A DNA stretch of 64,000 nt from Raja brachyura. Lineage: Eukaryota. Below are positions 52,001-63,915 of the stretch, one piece after another. Both the position numbers and the translations under genes were made by a program. How positions within the stretch are numbered: position 1 is the first letter of the stretch; each line of letters starts with the position of its first letter. Location of the stretch: positions 4,960,001-5,024,000 of the forward strand of contig OY740804.1 in assembly GCA_963514005.1 (NCBI GenBank), in the 5' to 3' direction. Under the pieces are notes generated by a model. That model saw only the letters and a program-made list of their open reading frames with translations. It was not told the DNA's origin and searched no databases.

Positions 52001-55000
52001 TTGAGCAGTCTAGGACTTTACTTAGAAACATAGAAACATAGAAAATAGGTGCAGGAGTAGGCCATTCGGCCCTTCGAGCCTGCACCGCCATTCAATGTGA
52101 TCATGGCTGATCATCCAACTCAGTATCCCGTACCTGCCTTCTCTCCATACTCCCTGATCCCTTTAGCCACAAGTGCCACATCTAACGCCCTCTTAAATAT
52201 AGCCAATGAACTGGCCTCAACTACCTTCTGTGGCAGAGAATTCCAGAGACTCACCACTCTCTGTGTAAAGAATGTTTTACTTCTTGGAGCGCAGGAGGAT
52301 GAGGGATGATCTTCTGGCAGGTAAAGAAAAATCATGCAACAAATAGATGTAGTAAATGCACAGAGTCTTTTGCCCAGAGTGGGGTAATCGTGAACCAGAG
52401 GACATTGTTTTAAGATGAGTGGGGAATGATCTAACAAGAATCTGGGGAGTAACGTTTTTACAAAAAGGTTGGTAGGTATATGAAACGAACTGCCGACAGA
52501 AGTAGTTATGGCAGGTACTCTTGCAACATTTAAGAAAAATTTGGACAGGTACATGAATAGGATAAGTTTAGAGGGTTAAGGGTCAAGCAAGGGCTGGTGG
52601 AACTAGTGTAGATTGGGTGTGTTGGTCAGCATGGGAATGTTAGACCCAAGGGCCTGTTTCTACGCTGTATGACTCTATGTAAATGGATGGGTCAGTTTCC
52701 ACCCTGGTGGCTCTGGCTAAGATGCAGAGATGGTGGATATTGGCCAGTGTTTGATTTTCAGATGTTCACTCAGTGTCTGACTGTTTGCTCCTTTCCCACA
52801 GAACCCGTGTCTGTTCCTGTGCTTGGATTCCTGTCACCAGCCAATGTCTCCTGTCTCGGGGGCTCAGTGTCAGTGTCCTGTGAGTCGATCTGGGGATCCC
52901 TTCCCATTAGCTACAGCTGGTATGAGAAGATCCCATCTGGGGATTCAAAGATCTCAGACAACAATACCCTGGATCTACATTGTCAATCCTTCCAACACCA
53001 GCACCATCAATATTATTGCACAGCCTCAAATCAACGTGGATCAAAGTCCAGTGAAATGGTCAATGTCTCCATCTCCAGCAGTGACGTGCCCTGCAGTTTC
53101 CTAGTGAAAGTCAACGGCACTGGTAAGTAGTGGAGGGAATGAGGAGGAGAAGGGGAAGTGAGGGTGGGGTGGTTCATAAGATCACGTGATAGAAACAGAA
53201 ATAGACCATTCAATCATGGCTGATCTATCTTCCCCTCTTCACCCCATTCTCCTGCCTTCTCCCCACAACCCCTGACACCCTGAAATTCATGCACGTTATT
53301 TAATTACCTTATCAAGATCAAAATGATGGAATTATGGCCCATTTGTCATTACTTGTTTGCTGGGCTCCGGAAATAGATTTCCCAGTGCTGGTGTCGGCCA
53401 GCTTCCCGGCTAGAACTTCCTCTTATGTTTACACAGCTTTAAACTAGGTTTGCAGTGACATCAGTCCAAGCACTTTCACTTTCCATCATCTCCACATGAC
53501 CGACGCTCAAATACGGGAAGGGAACAGAAATTATCCGTAAATGTGGCCACAGTTAACTCCTAACTCCTAACTGTGGAAGCAGCTGCCTTTAACCGGCACA
53601 CCAATTCTACAACTAGGGACAATTCTAAATTAAGGGACAATTTACAGAAGCCATTTAACCTACAAACCTGCACGTCTTTAGTTTAGAGATTCAGCGCGGA
53701 AACAAGCCCTTCCGCCCACCGGGTCCGCGCCGACCAGTGATCCCCGCACATTATTAACCATCCTACACTCACTAGGGATAATTTTTACATTTACCAAGCC
53801 ATTTAACCTACAAACCTGTACGTCTTTGGGGTGTGGGGGGAAACCGAAGATCTCGGAGAAAACCCACACAGGTCACGGGGAGAAGGTACAAACTCCAAAC
53901 GTGTTCAGGATCGAACCCGGGCTGCATTCGTTGTAAGGCAGCAACTCTACAACTGTGCCACTGTACCGCCATACTGTTGGCGACCTGAGTTGTAACCAGT
54001 GCTCCAGCTTATCATGACAACATCTCCCATTTGCTGTAAATTACACTGAAGAAACATTGCCTATAACTCCTTACATCGGACAAGCATGCTCTCTTGTTCA
54101 ACTGCAAGTGAAAAGCAATGAAATGATTTTTATTTCCTTGTTCCAACAGGACTTGAATATTCTTGTGAAACTTCGAAAAGATCCAAGTATACGTCAAGGT
54201 AAACTGTTCAAGAAGAAACTGCAGATGCTGGAAAATCGAAGGTAGACAAAAATGCTGGAGAAACTCCGCGGGTACGGCAGCATCTATGGAGCGAAGGAAA
54301 TAGGCAATGTATCGGGTGGAAACCCCTCTTCAGACTGATGGTGGGTCTGAAGAAGGGTTTCGGCCCAAAACGTTACCTATTTCCTTCACTCCATAGATGC
54401 TGCTGCACCCGCTGAGTTTCTGCAGCACTTTTGTCTACCTTCAAGGTTAACTACTCTGTTTCCAATGAAAGATGCCATGTACTAATTGCTGGTGTTTTGA
54501 TTGGGATTGCTTCAATTGAAAGAAAGTTGTATCTTCCGTTCACTGGCATTAAAGGCCAGTTGGAGTATTGAGTTGTATGCACAGTGGCACAGCCAGTGGG
54601 ACCACAGCCTCACAATGCCAAGACCCTGAACTTAGGTGCCGTTTATGTGTGTTCTGCATATTTTGCCTTTCATTGTGTAGGAATGAACAGCAGATGCTGG
54701 TTTAAACTGAATATAGACACAAACAACTGGAGTAACTCGTCGGGTCAGTCAGTGTCTCTGGAGAAATGGAATAGGTTGAGACCCTCCTTCAGAGTGAGAG
54801 TCAGGGGAAAGGGAAACAAGAGCGATATCAACGGTGGTATAGAAAGTTATAAAACAATGAATGAAAGATATGCAAAAAAGTAACAATGACCAAGGAAAAT
54901 ATCCATTGTTAGCTGTGGGCTAGGTGAAAACGGGTTGCACAGACAATATGACACTACAAGACAACAGTGAAATTCATACAACGACTAGGGTGGCGGAGAG

Positions 55001-58000
55001 ATGGAGAGAGAGGGGATGCAAGGGTCATTTAAAGTTAGAGAAATCGACATTTATACCATTGTGCAGTAAGTTGCCCAAGAGAAGTATGAGGTGCTGGTCC
55101 TCCAATTTGCATTTGTCCTCACTCTGACAATGTAGGAAGCCCAGGACGGAACGGTCAGTGTGGGAATGGGAGGGAGAGTTAAAGTGTTTAGCAACTGGGA
55201 GATCATATAGTGCCAGGAGGACTAAGCGTATGTGTTCAGTGAAATGGTCGCCCAGTCAACGTTTGGTCCTGCTGATGTATGAGAGTCCACACCTGATACA
55301 GTAGATGAGGTTAGAGGATGTTCAAATGAACTCTATCCCGAAAGGACAGTTGAGATCCTTTGACAGAGTCAAGGGAGGAGGTATAGGGACAGATGTTGCA
55401 TTTCCTATGGTTGAAGGGGAAGGTATTGGGGAGGGGGTGGTTTGGATGGGAGCGAATGAGATAACCAGGGAAGTATAGGTCATAATGTTATAAGGAATAG
55501 GAGTAGAATTGACCCATTCAGCAGGGTTGCAGAGGGAATGGTCTCCTGCTCTCCATCCGACACTCAACTGCACTGGGACAATCTCCAACATCCCCCTCCC
55601 CTTTCTCGATCTCATCGTCTTCACCAAAGGAGATAGACTATCGACTCATGTTTATTATAAACCTACTGACTCCCACAACTATCTAGACCACTCTTCTTCC
55701 CACAGGATTTGTGTGAATGTGGCTGATGGTCAGTGCAGACCTGAAGGACCAAATGGCCTGTTTCCATACTGTGTTTCTCTATGGATCCGATGAACCCAAA
55801 TATCAAGAAACATAACCAATGCCTTTGTACATATTTCAAGCCTGACATTAAAAGATAAATTTATCTCTCAAACATTCTTCTAAACAAGAGTTTAGAAGAA
55901 TGATGGGGGACCTCATTGAAACATACAGAATAATGAAAGGCTTGGATAGAGTGGATGTGGAGAGGATGTTTCCACCAGTTGGAGATTCTAGGACTAGAAG
56001 TTATAGCCTCAGAATGAGATGTTCTTTTATGAAGGAGATGAGGATAAATTCCTTTAGTCTGTGGGTGGTGAATCTATGGAATTCTTTGCCACAGAATTCT
56101 GTGGCGGCCAAGTCAGTGGATATTTTTAAGGCATAAGTAGCTAGATTCTTCATTAGTTCGGGTGTTAGAGGTTATGGGGAGAAGGCAGGACAATGGGGTT
56201 AGGCGGGAGAGATAGATCAGTCATGATTGAATGGCGGAGTAGACTTGATGGGCTAAATTCCCTAATTCTACTCCTATTGCTTATGACCTTATTCTATAAT
56301 AATATGTATATAACTTGCAAACCAGATATTAGTTAACTCACCAGAAGGGAAATTGCACTGGATTATATCTCATTGTGCTGTGTATATGCTTGGGTGATAA
56401 GAACAGATGACTCCATTTGTTGCCCTTCAGAGGGCATTCCCTGAGGTATTCACCAATGATATTCTCCCTTGCTAACCTCATCCCATGGTGTGAGATGAGT
56501 AAAGCTGCCAAACACAAGTATTGCTGCTTTGCCTTGCTGTGACCTGTTCTGGTGTGGTGCTGAGAGGAAAATGCACAGTGAATGTTGGTCTAAAACACCA
56601 CCTTTGATATCACGTATGGCAACACCTTGCAGAGTTGGTCAGTGTCTCAATGTCAGTCACTCCAACAGCAGGAGGTTTCTCCACCTAGAACATGACCCTA
56701 GACGCCATGGTGTTCTCCCTGCCGAGGTTGGAACAGGGTTGTAGAACCGTGTTCACAAAGTGGTGGCTTCAAGGATAGCTGCAAATATTTGGGTAAATCC
56801 CTCAGATACCACACCACTGCTGTACTGACGGGGGGCTTCATGCTGGCTGTCAGATATGAAAACTCCAACAACAGTGACATGATGGCACAGCGGTAGAGTT
56901 GCTCCCTTACTACTTGTGTTCGATCCTGACTACGGTTGCTGTCTTTAGAGTCTATTCGTTCTCTAGGTGACCACGTGAGTTTTCTCCAGGTGTCCCAGTT
57001 TTCTGCCACATTCCAAAGATGTGCAGGTTTGTAGGTTAATTGGCTTCCGTAAATTGTCTCTAATGTTTCGGGTAGATCTAGTGTATGGGGATTGCTGGCC
57101 AATGCAGACTTGGTGGGCCGAAAGGCCTGTTTCCCTGCTGTATCTCCAAACTAAACTAATCTAAACTAAACTAAACCAAACTCAGCTGAACTAAACTAAA
57201 GTAATCATCGCAATAAAAGTGTAACGGTTCCCATCCATTGTTCCTTAATATTTGGACGCAATTGCTCTTCAACCAGTTTCACGATCATTGGTCAATGTCA
57301 CCTTAATGCGAGCAGATTAGCTGCTGCATTACCCACCGAAACAGACTCTACACTTCATTTCCTTTGTTGCACACTTCAAAAAAATTATGAAAGGTGCCAT
57401 ATAAATGCTTGACTTTTGTTCTTTACTAAAGGCCAAGAATCAATGATGAGCCATATCTCACCCTTCCCTATTCTATGTCCAACAGGATCATTTACATAGT
57501 TGTGTCTGGTGTCACTGTGCTTCTCCTGATTCTCATCATTGCCTTCCTTTGGTACCGAAAGCGTAAATCCAAGGGTGAGTTTCTGATTTCCCTTAAATAA
57601 TTTCACAATACATGTCTCAGTTACTTGCAGAATGTCAAGATATTTTAATTCTGTTGTAATCAACAAATGCCCAGCATTAATGAATTAAAATGTAGGAGGA
57701 AGCATGAATGATCAATAATGCTATCATGTTTGATTCTATCATGATGACTTGGTGACAAAAACTGTTATTTTAACATCATCGTACAGAAACTGTCTGAGTG
57801 TGAAATGGCAGAGATGTGTGAGAACTAATAGGCTAGGTAGATGTAAGATTTACATATATACTCTCATCCTCCTAGCTGTTAGAATATGCTTTCTGTGATT
57901 AGCTGTTGTATTTCGAATCGGGTTAAGTCTTGTTTATTGTAACATGCACAAGCACGGTGAAGTACTGTTACAATGAAGATCACGCCTGCAGCCTCACAGA

Positions 58001-60215
58001 GACATAGACAATGTACAACATACCTGCCTCACACAGAGGGTGGTGGGTATGTGGCAGTAGCTGCCAGTGGAGGTAGTTGAGGCAGGGCAGGTCTAGACTG
58101 GACAGGTAATCCAAGATGTGAACGCCCATGAACATGAAGCTGCCAACTATCTTCACCGCCGATGAAAATGTGAAAGTTCACTGAGCTGTTTCTCAGTCAG
58201 AGAGCATTAGTGGAAAGTAAACAGTAAACATTTCAGATCCATGACCCATCATATAACAGGGTAAGAGGGAAAAGAAGGGGGGACCTCATTGAAACATCAA
58301 ATAGTGAAAGTCCTGATGGAGTGGATGTAGAATGGATGTTTCCACTCGTGGGAGAGTCTAGGGCCAGAGGTCATGACCTGTGAATTAAAGGACAACCCTT
58401 TAGGATGGAGATGAGGAAGAATTTCTTTAGTCAGAGGGTGGTGAATCTGTGGAATATTTTGCCACAGAAGGCTGTGAAGGCCGTCAATAGATATTTTTAA
58501 GGCATTGATGGATAGATAGATTCTTGATTAGTACAGGTGTCCTGGATTATGGAGAGAAGGCAAGAGAAAGAGGTAAGGAGGGAGAGATAGATCAGCCATG
58601 ATTGAATGGCGGAGTAGATGGATGGGCCGAATAGCATAATTCTGCTCCTATCACTTATGCACTTGTGAAAACCTGCTAGAGCAGATAAGGTTCAGATGAT
58701 AGACACAAAATGCTAGAGTAACTCAGCGGAACAAGCAGCATCTCTGGAAAGAAGGAATGTGTGATGTTTCGGGTCAAGACCCTTTTTCAGACTGATGTCA
58801 GGGGAGTGGGTGGTACAGAGATAAAATGTAGTCGGAGACAGTAAGAGTGGTCAAAGAACTGGGAATGGGGAGGGGATGGAGAGAGAGGGAAAGCAAGGGC
58901 TACTTGAAGTCAATGAGAAGTCAATGTTCATACCGCTGGTGTGTAAGCTGCCCAAGCAAAATATGAGATGCTGTTCCTCCAATTTGCACTGGGCCTCACT
59001 CTGACAACGGAGGAGGCCCAGGACAGATTGGTTAGTGTGAGAATGGGAGGAGTAGTTAAAGTGTTGAGCAACCGGGAGATTAGATATGTTTAGGCAGCTT
59101 TTGGGAGGGATGGGTAGAGCACAGGAAATATGATCCAATCAGAATATTACATACAGCAACTAGAACAACAGGGCAGATTCTTACTCCCTACGTGCAGTAC
59201 TTTTGGGGTTCTCCTAAATATAAGGTCTTGCACACAACACGTAGATGTTTCAATGTGTTGGAAGGAACTGCAGATGGTGGTTTACACTGAAGATAAACAC
59301 AAAATGCTCTAGCAATTCAGCGGGTCAGGGTCCATCTCTGCAGAAAAGGAATAGGTGATGTTTCGAGACCCTTCGTCAGACTGTGAGTCAGGGGAAAGGG
59401 AAATGAGAGATATAGAAGGTACATAGAACAAATGAATGAACTATATGAATGAATGATGTTTAAACCTGTTCCTGATATGGCTCTATCGACAACATATTTT
59501 CCAGAATCCAATTGCAATACATCACATGGTGAAGACAACAATGAAACCCAGGTAAAAATGTGAAATATAAATTCTCTGAGTGATGAAGAATATAGAACAT
59601 TGAATTATCTGTGTTTACACAGGTCATTCAGCAACACCAGTCCACTCCAGTTTGAGATCCAGCGCAGAAACAGGCCCTACGGCTTACTGAGTCCACAACG
59701 ACCGATGAACACTATCCTACACACACTAGGGGCAATTTGCAATCATACCAAACCAATTAACCTACAAACCTGTTGTCGGCGCTGCCAGGCAGCAACTCTA
59801 CCGCTGCTCCACCGTGCTACACTATCATTGTGTTGTAAACAGCAGCAATGGCTTGTTTGTCCACTGAACAGTTTGAGACCTATTTTGTAATAGACATCTG
59901 TTGAGGACCTTTAAAATCTATTAGGTTGTAAAATTGGATTTTGTTATATTTCAGCAAATGGCAGTGTTGGATGGGAACCGCATTGATGCAAATCTGCAGC
60001 AACTTGGAAACAACAGGGCAGCTGACCATTTGGATAACACGTATGCAGTGGTGAATTGTCAAAGGAAGTCGAGATCAAATCACCATGTGGCTGAAAACGT
60101 TGTCGTCTACGCAGATGTCAATTTTTATCGCAACTGCCCAAAGGGCAATCGGAAACCCCACTCTCCTGGGACTCCAGAGAACCCCGAGTCAATCTATGCC
60201 TCTGTTGTTTCTTAG
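42970..60215 (+). CDS. Gene B: CD300/pIgR-related V-C2-V-C2 Ig-superfamily receptor, inhibitory ITIM type (591 aa, 9 exons)
   Basis: join(42970-43018,44057-44377,48386-48706,50730-51047,52802-53122,54150-54198,57486-57574,59505-59551,59955-60215) = 1776 nt. All introns are GT-AG, phases are 1,1,1,1,1,2,1,0, and the frame is open. Confidence 0.88.
44057..44377 (+). CDS. Gene B exon 2, V1
   Basis: KYWCDCRWNPC...HTGWYRCG. Splice sites as in gene A. Confidence 0.92.
45302..46870 (-). mobile_element. CR1 LINE (RT) inside a Penelope fragment; more complete paralog of the gene A intron 2 copy
   Basis: ORF 45659-46612 with YLDFQKAFDKVPH and KFADDTKLGG. Confidence 0.92.
48386..48706 (+). CDS. Gene B exon 3, C1
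   Basis: EPVSAPVL...YTWCEKNKYRC...YYCTASN. G|GTACGT donor. Confidence 0.9.
49094..49784 (+). mobile_element. Rex1/Babar LINE 3' fragment (paralog of 26556-27239)
   Basis: ORF 49175-49519 and (att)n tail. Confidence 0.85.
49908..50452. mobile_element. PIF/Harbinger-type MITE (gene B only)
   Basis: 24-bp TIR (g/a)GGGCCTGTCCTACAAGCATGCAA with TTA TSD. Empty site gaccc-tta-catt at about 27361. Confidence 0.85.
50730..51047 (+). CDS. Gene B exon 4, V2
   Basis: VSGALWAES...KYWCRGTSRQC...DTGWYSCG. G|GTAGGT donor. Confidence 0.92.
52024..52274 (-). mobile_element. Young CR1 3' fragment (gene B only)
   Basis: Flanked by a tttactt duplication. Absent at about 28940. Confidence 0.85.
52802..53122 (+). 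CDS. Gene B exon 5, C2
   Basis: EPVSVPVL...YYCTASN...VPCSFLVKVNGT. G|GTAAGT donor. Confidence 0.9.
54150..54198 (+). CDS. Gene B exon 6, stalk (G)LEYSCETSKRSKYTS(R)
   Basis: 49 nt, phase 1 to 2. Required to connect C2 to the phase-2 TM exon. Confidence 0.82.
54680..55700 (-). mobile_element. Penelope-like element fragments
   Basis: pLTR-like sequence and endonuclease remnants on the minus strand. PFLDLIV...YYKPTDSHNYL RT remnant on + at about 55590-55690. Confidence 0.6.
57486..57574 (+). CDS. Gene B exon 7, uncharged TM: IIYIVVSGVTVLLLILIIAFLWYRKRKSK
   Basis: ccaacag acceptor, 23-aa hydrophobic run, basic stop-transfer sequence, G|GTGAGT donor. Confidence 0.9.
59505..59551 (+). CDS. Gene B exon 8, cytoplasmic ESNCNTSHGEDNNETQ
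   Basis: ttttccag acceptor and CAG|GTAAAA donor. Converts phase 1 to phase 0 as required. Confidence 0.75.
59955..60215 (+). CDS. Gene B exon 9, ITIM tail (NTYAVV, VVYADV, SIYASV)
   Basis: tttcag acceptor, phase 0, two canonical S/I/V/L-x-Y-x-x-V motifs, TAG stop. Confidence 0.88.
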   Translation, partial: QMAVLDGNRIDANLQQLGNNRAADHLDNTYAVVNCQRKSRSNHHVAENVVVYADVNFYRNCPKGNRKPHSPGTPENPESIYASVVS

Positions 60216-63200
60216 GAGAGATTTTTAATTTGGTGTGAGTTTTTAGCAATACTTGCTTTACCACTCTGTTCAGATTACACTGCGTTAATCTGCTTTATAC
60301 TTTGTCAAAGATGGACACAAAATGCTGGACTAACTCAGCAGGTCAGGCAGCATCTCTGGAGAAAATGGACAAATGCCCTTTGAGGTTGGGACCCTTCTTC
60401 AGATGGTCTGCAGAAAGGTCCTGACCTAAAATGGTAACAATCCATTTTCGCCAGAGATGTTTCTTGACCATCTGAGTCCCTCCAGCATTTTAGGTTTGTC
60501 TTTGGTATAAACCAGCATGTTTTTATAGCTATACTTTGTGAAGCTCTTTCCGAGCAGTTTTGTTCAATTCATCAGGTGTCAGGGGTGATGGAGAGGAGGC
60601 AGGAGAGTGGGGTTAGGAGGAAGATGTAGTTTCTTTCACTAATGACCTTATGACTTCCATTCCCTTCACAATCTCTTTCATCCGCCAGTGTAATGAATGT
60701 GCCTAGATCATGTATACAAATGATAAATTGGCACTGCTTCCCATTCTTGTCATACCCACCCTCATTCCCTCCACCCACAAGTTCCCCAACCCTCCCATCA
60801 TCATTCCTTGCAAAGAGTCTGTCTAAGCACACCACAACCCATTGCCTCTGGGCCTAAATATTGTGGGTTCAAGTCCGTAAAGGGGCAAGGGATCAAGCAA
60901 CAAAATGGGTTCAAGTGGATAGTGGGCTCAGGCAGATAAGCCCAAGATGTAAAATGATCCTCAAGCCTGGGTAAGGGGCCTCACTGAAACTTGGTCAAGA
61001 CTGGATTTTACCTGCCTCAGTAACCAGTTGCAAATAAAATGATCTTACGTGAGCTGATCCCTAGATAAGGCGCAGCCAAGGGGAAATGGGGAGAAGGAGG
61101 GGAGTAATTTAGCGTGGAACTGCAGAACTATTCATTGCTTTTATAGCCTATTACAGTGCAAGAAGTGAGTCAAGTGTGTTTTATTGTCTTACAGTATGTA
61201 CTTGCAGCAGCACAACAGAGCAATATACATGAATTCCTTTATCTTTTATACTCACTGAGAATTCAAGGTAGAGGTATGGGAGGAAGGTAATGTAGATGTG
61301 GTTGTGTAAAAGGCACTGAATGCTTTGTATCTGAGGGCATCTTCCCCAGGACATGTGTAACCAAAGTTGGCCAATTTGTAATTAAAATATTTTTTTCTGA
61401 AAACAAGCCCAGAGTCCACGTGAAAATTTCCCGTCTACAACGTCCCTGCCCAGTACATGAGCACATGACCTACGAGCACCTCAGTGCCAACTGGTAGAGT
61501 ACATCACTGCCTGAACTGCAAATTTCTGGGTGAGATCCGAAACCAAGAAGATTCAACCGTCATGACCACAGAAACCCCCCACAAAAAAGGCAATTTCTGT
61601 AGCAGAAGAAAGTTTGATTGGAAATGCTGGTCTTAGCAGCATTGCTACAGATGGTCTTCTCAACTCTAGATGTACTCTGTTCGAAATATGTAAAGTTCTT
61701 ACTGAGCAGGAGAGTGCAGGTGAAGGGATAGGGTTTTCCTTGGCTCAATTGTCCAGGCGCAGTGAGGAGGGGTAAGTTGGTCCGAAGGGCCTGTTTCTGC
61801 GTTGTATGACTCTATGACTCCAATACAATCTAGCCTGGGAACAATTGTTTCTTAGATATTAAAGGATCTATGGAAATAGAACTATTACTGGATATTGACA
61901 TGATGAAGGATAAGCTATGATTTTAATGCATGGTGTGGTTTTGAAGGACCGAATGGGGCCTGACATATTTGTTCATTAATTTGTTCAACCAACAATACAC
62001 ATTTATTTGTTTTGAACACATTTCCAGTCAATGTGCAAACACATCAAAGGCCAACTTGCGATGGAATGAAACATTGAGTGTGAGCTGCATCTGGCTGTGG
62101 TCAACGTGCTTCCTGTTAATACGAGCAGTTGAGCTAAACACACAAAAAAAACCTTCAGTGGATCAAACAACGTCTGGGAAAGGAAATGGACAGATGACAT
62201 TTCAGGTCACGACCCGACTTCAGACTGGTGTTACTTTTCTCAGAATATGACTGCAACAGAAACCCACAAACATACAATGTTCACAAGTACATAAGTTCTA
62301 AGTGCAGAATTAGGCCTTTCGACCCATCAAGTCCGCCATTCAATCATGGCTGATCTATCTTCTCCTGCCTTCCCCCCCGTAACCTCTGACACCCCCACTA
62401 ATTAGGAATCTGTCAATCACTGCCTAGAAAATATTCATTGACTTGGCTTCCACTGCCGTCTGTTGAAATAAATTCCACAAATTCACCACTCTTTGACTAA
62501 AGAAATTTGGCCATTATCTCTGTAAACCTATCCTGTCCAGATTCCCTCAGGTTCCTATTAAATCTTTCCACTCACCTTAAACCTATATCCTCTGGTTCTG
62601 AAGTATTCAGTAAGAACATGTATAAGAATGTTAGCTCAGGGAGAGCACCTTGCCTTGGCAGGTCAGTGGGTTTTAGGTAGAACACAATGGCACAGCGGTA
62701 GAGTTGTTGCCTTAAAGCGCCAGAGACCCAGGTTCGATGCTGACAGGTGCTGTCTGTATGGAGTTTGTACGTTCTCCCTGTGTCCGCATGGATTTTCTCT
62801 GGGTGCTCCGGTTTCCTCCCACACTCCAGGTTTGTAGGTTAATTTGCACGGTAAATTGTATATGGGGTGAACACTGGTTGGCGCGGTCTCAGTGGGCCGA
62901 AAAGCCTGTTTCCATGCTGTATGGGCCGAAAAGCCTGTTTCCATGCTTGCCAGGTTGCAAGCATGCAGCTCCCATGCTGCTAACCAGGGTTCAATCCTTG
63001 TTCATGCCAGCAAGGTAAGTTGAAGGATATGTCAGACAATCACACATTGGCACAGCAGGTAGAGCCGCTGCCTCATAGCATCCGAGTCCCGGGTTCGATC
63101 CTGACCTTGGGTGCTATCTGTGTGGAGTTAGCACGTTCTCCCTGTGACAATGTTCGTTTCTTCCGGATGCACGGATTTCCTCCCACATCCCAAAGACGTG

Positions 63201-63567
63201 TGGGTTTGTAGGTTAATTGGCCCTCTGCAAATTCACCCTCGTGTATAGGGAGCGGATGCGAAGGGCCTTTTCCATGCTGTATCGCCCCATAAATGAGTTT
63301 ACCGAGTGCAGTTTAGTGTGCATTCTGGTATTTGGATGATCTTAAATTTTTGGTGGGAGGAAGATGATACCTTACACGAGAGACCACTGGAACAGCCAAC
63401 ACACTCGATATGAATTTCAGTAACAGATGGGATGAGACGGTGTGATGAAAGAATAATACATGGAAGACTGTCTTAAATATGAGAAGGATCGTTAGCACAG
63501 GCCTTCAGCCAAGAGTTAAATATAATCCGAGCTTTATGTATAAAAAGGAACTGCAGATGATGGTTTT

Positions 63568-63915
63568 AATAGTGAGATTAAACGAGAACTTACCTGTTCG
63601 AAGTTTGATCTTTATTTTATGAGGAGTTACGATGAGGGATTACGTGAAGAAGACCCCGCCTGGCGCTGGAACGGCATACTTCAAAGCAGCGGCATGAAAA
63701 ACACAGAACCAAATAGCCGGAGTAAAATAGTAAGGCTCAAAATAGACTAGAACTACCAGATGATCATTTATATTATGAGGGTTGGGAGTGGAGGGCACGT
63801 AATCCCTCATCGTAACTCCTCATAAAATAAAGATCAAACTTCGAACAGGTAAGTTCTCGTTTAATCTCACTATTTTACTTCGGAGTCACGTGAGTGACTA
63901 CGTGAAGATTTTAAA
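63568..63915. mobile_element. Perfect 79-bp inverted repeat, probable DIRS-type retrotransposon end (ITR/ICR)
   Basis: 63568-63646 is the exact reverse complement of 63796-63874. The cttacctg/caggtaag core resembles vertebrate DIRS termini from memory. tacgtgaaga recurs at about 63899. Confidence 0.55.

Noticed and set aside
20707-60215. A and B as falsely duplicated haplotypes
   Set aside because: They have non-homologous TM and tail exons, about 80% identical stalks, diverged flanks and copy-specific insertions with TSDs.
60572-63498. Short ORFs downstream of gene B
   Set aside because: No recognisable domains or exon chain; mostly SINE and CR1 remnants.
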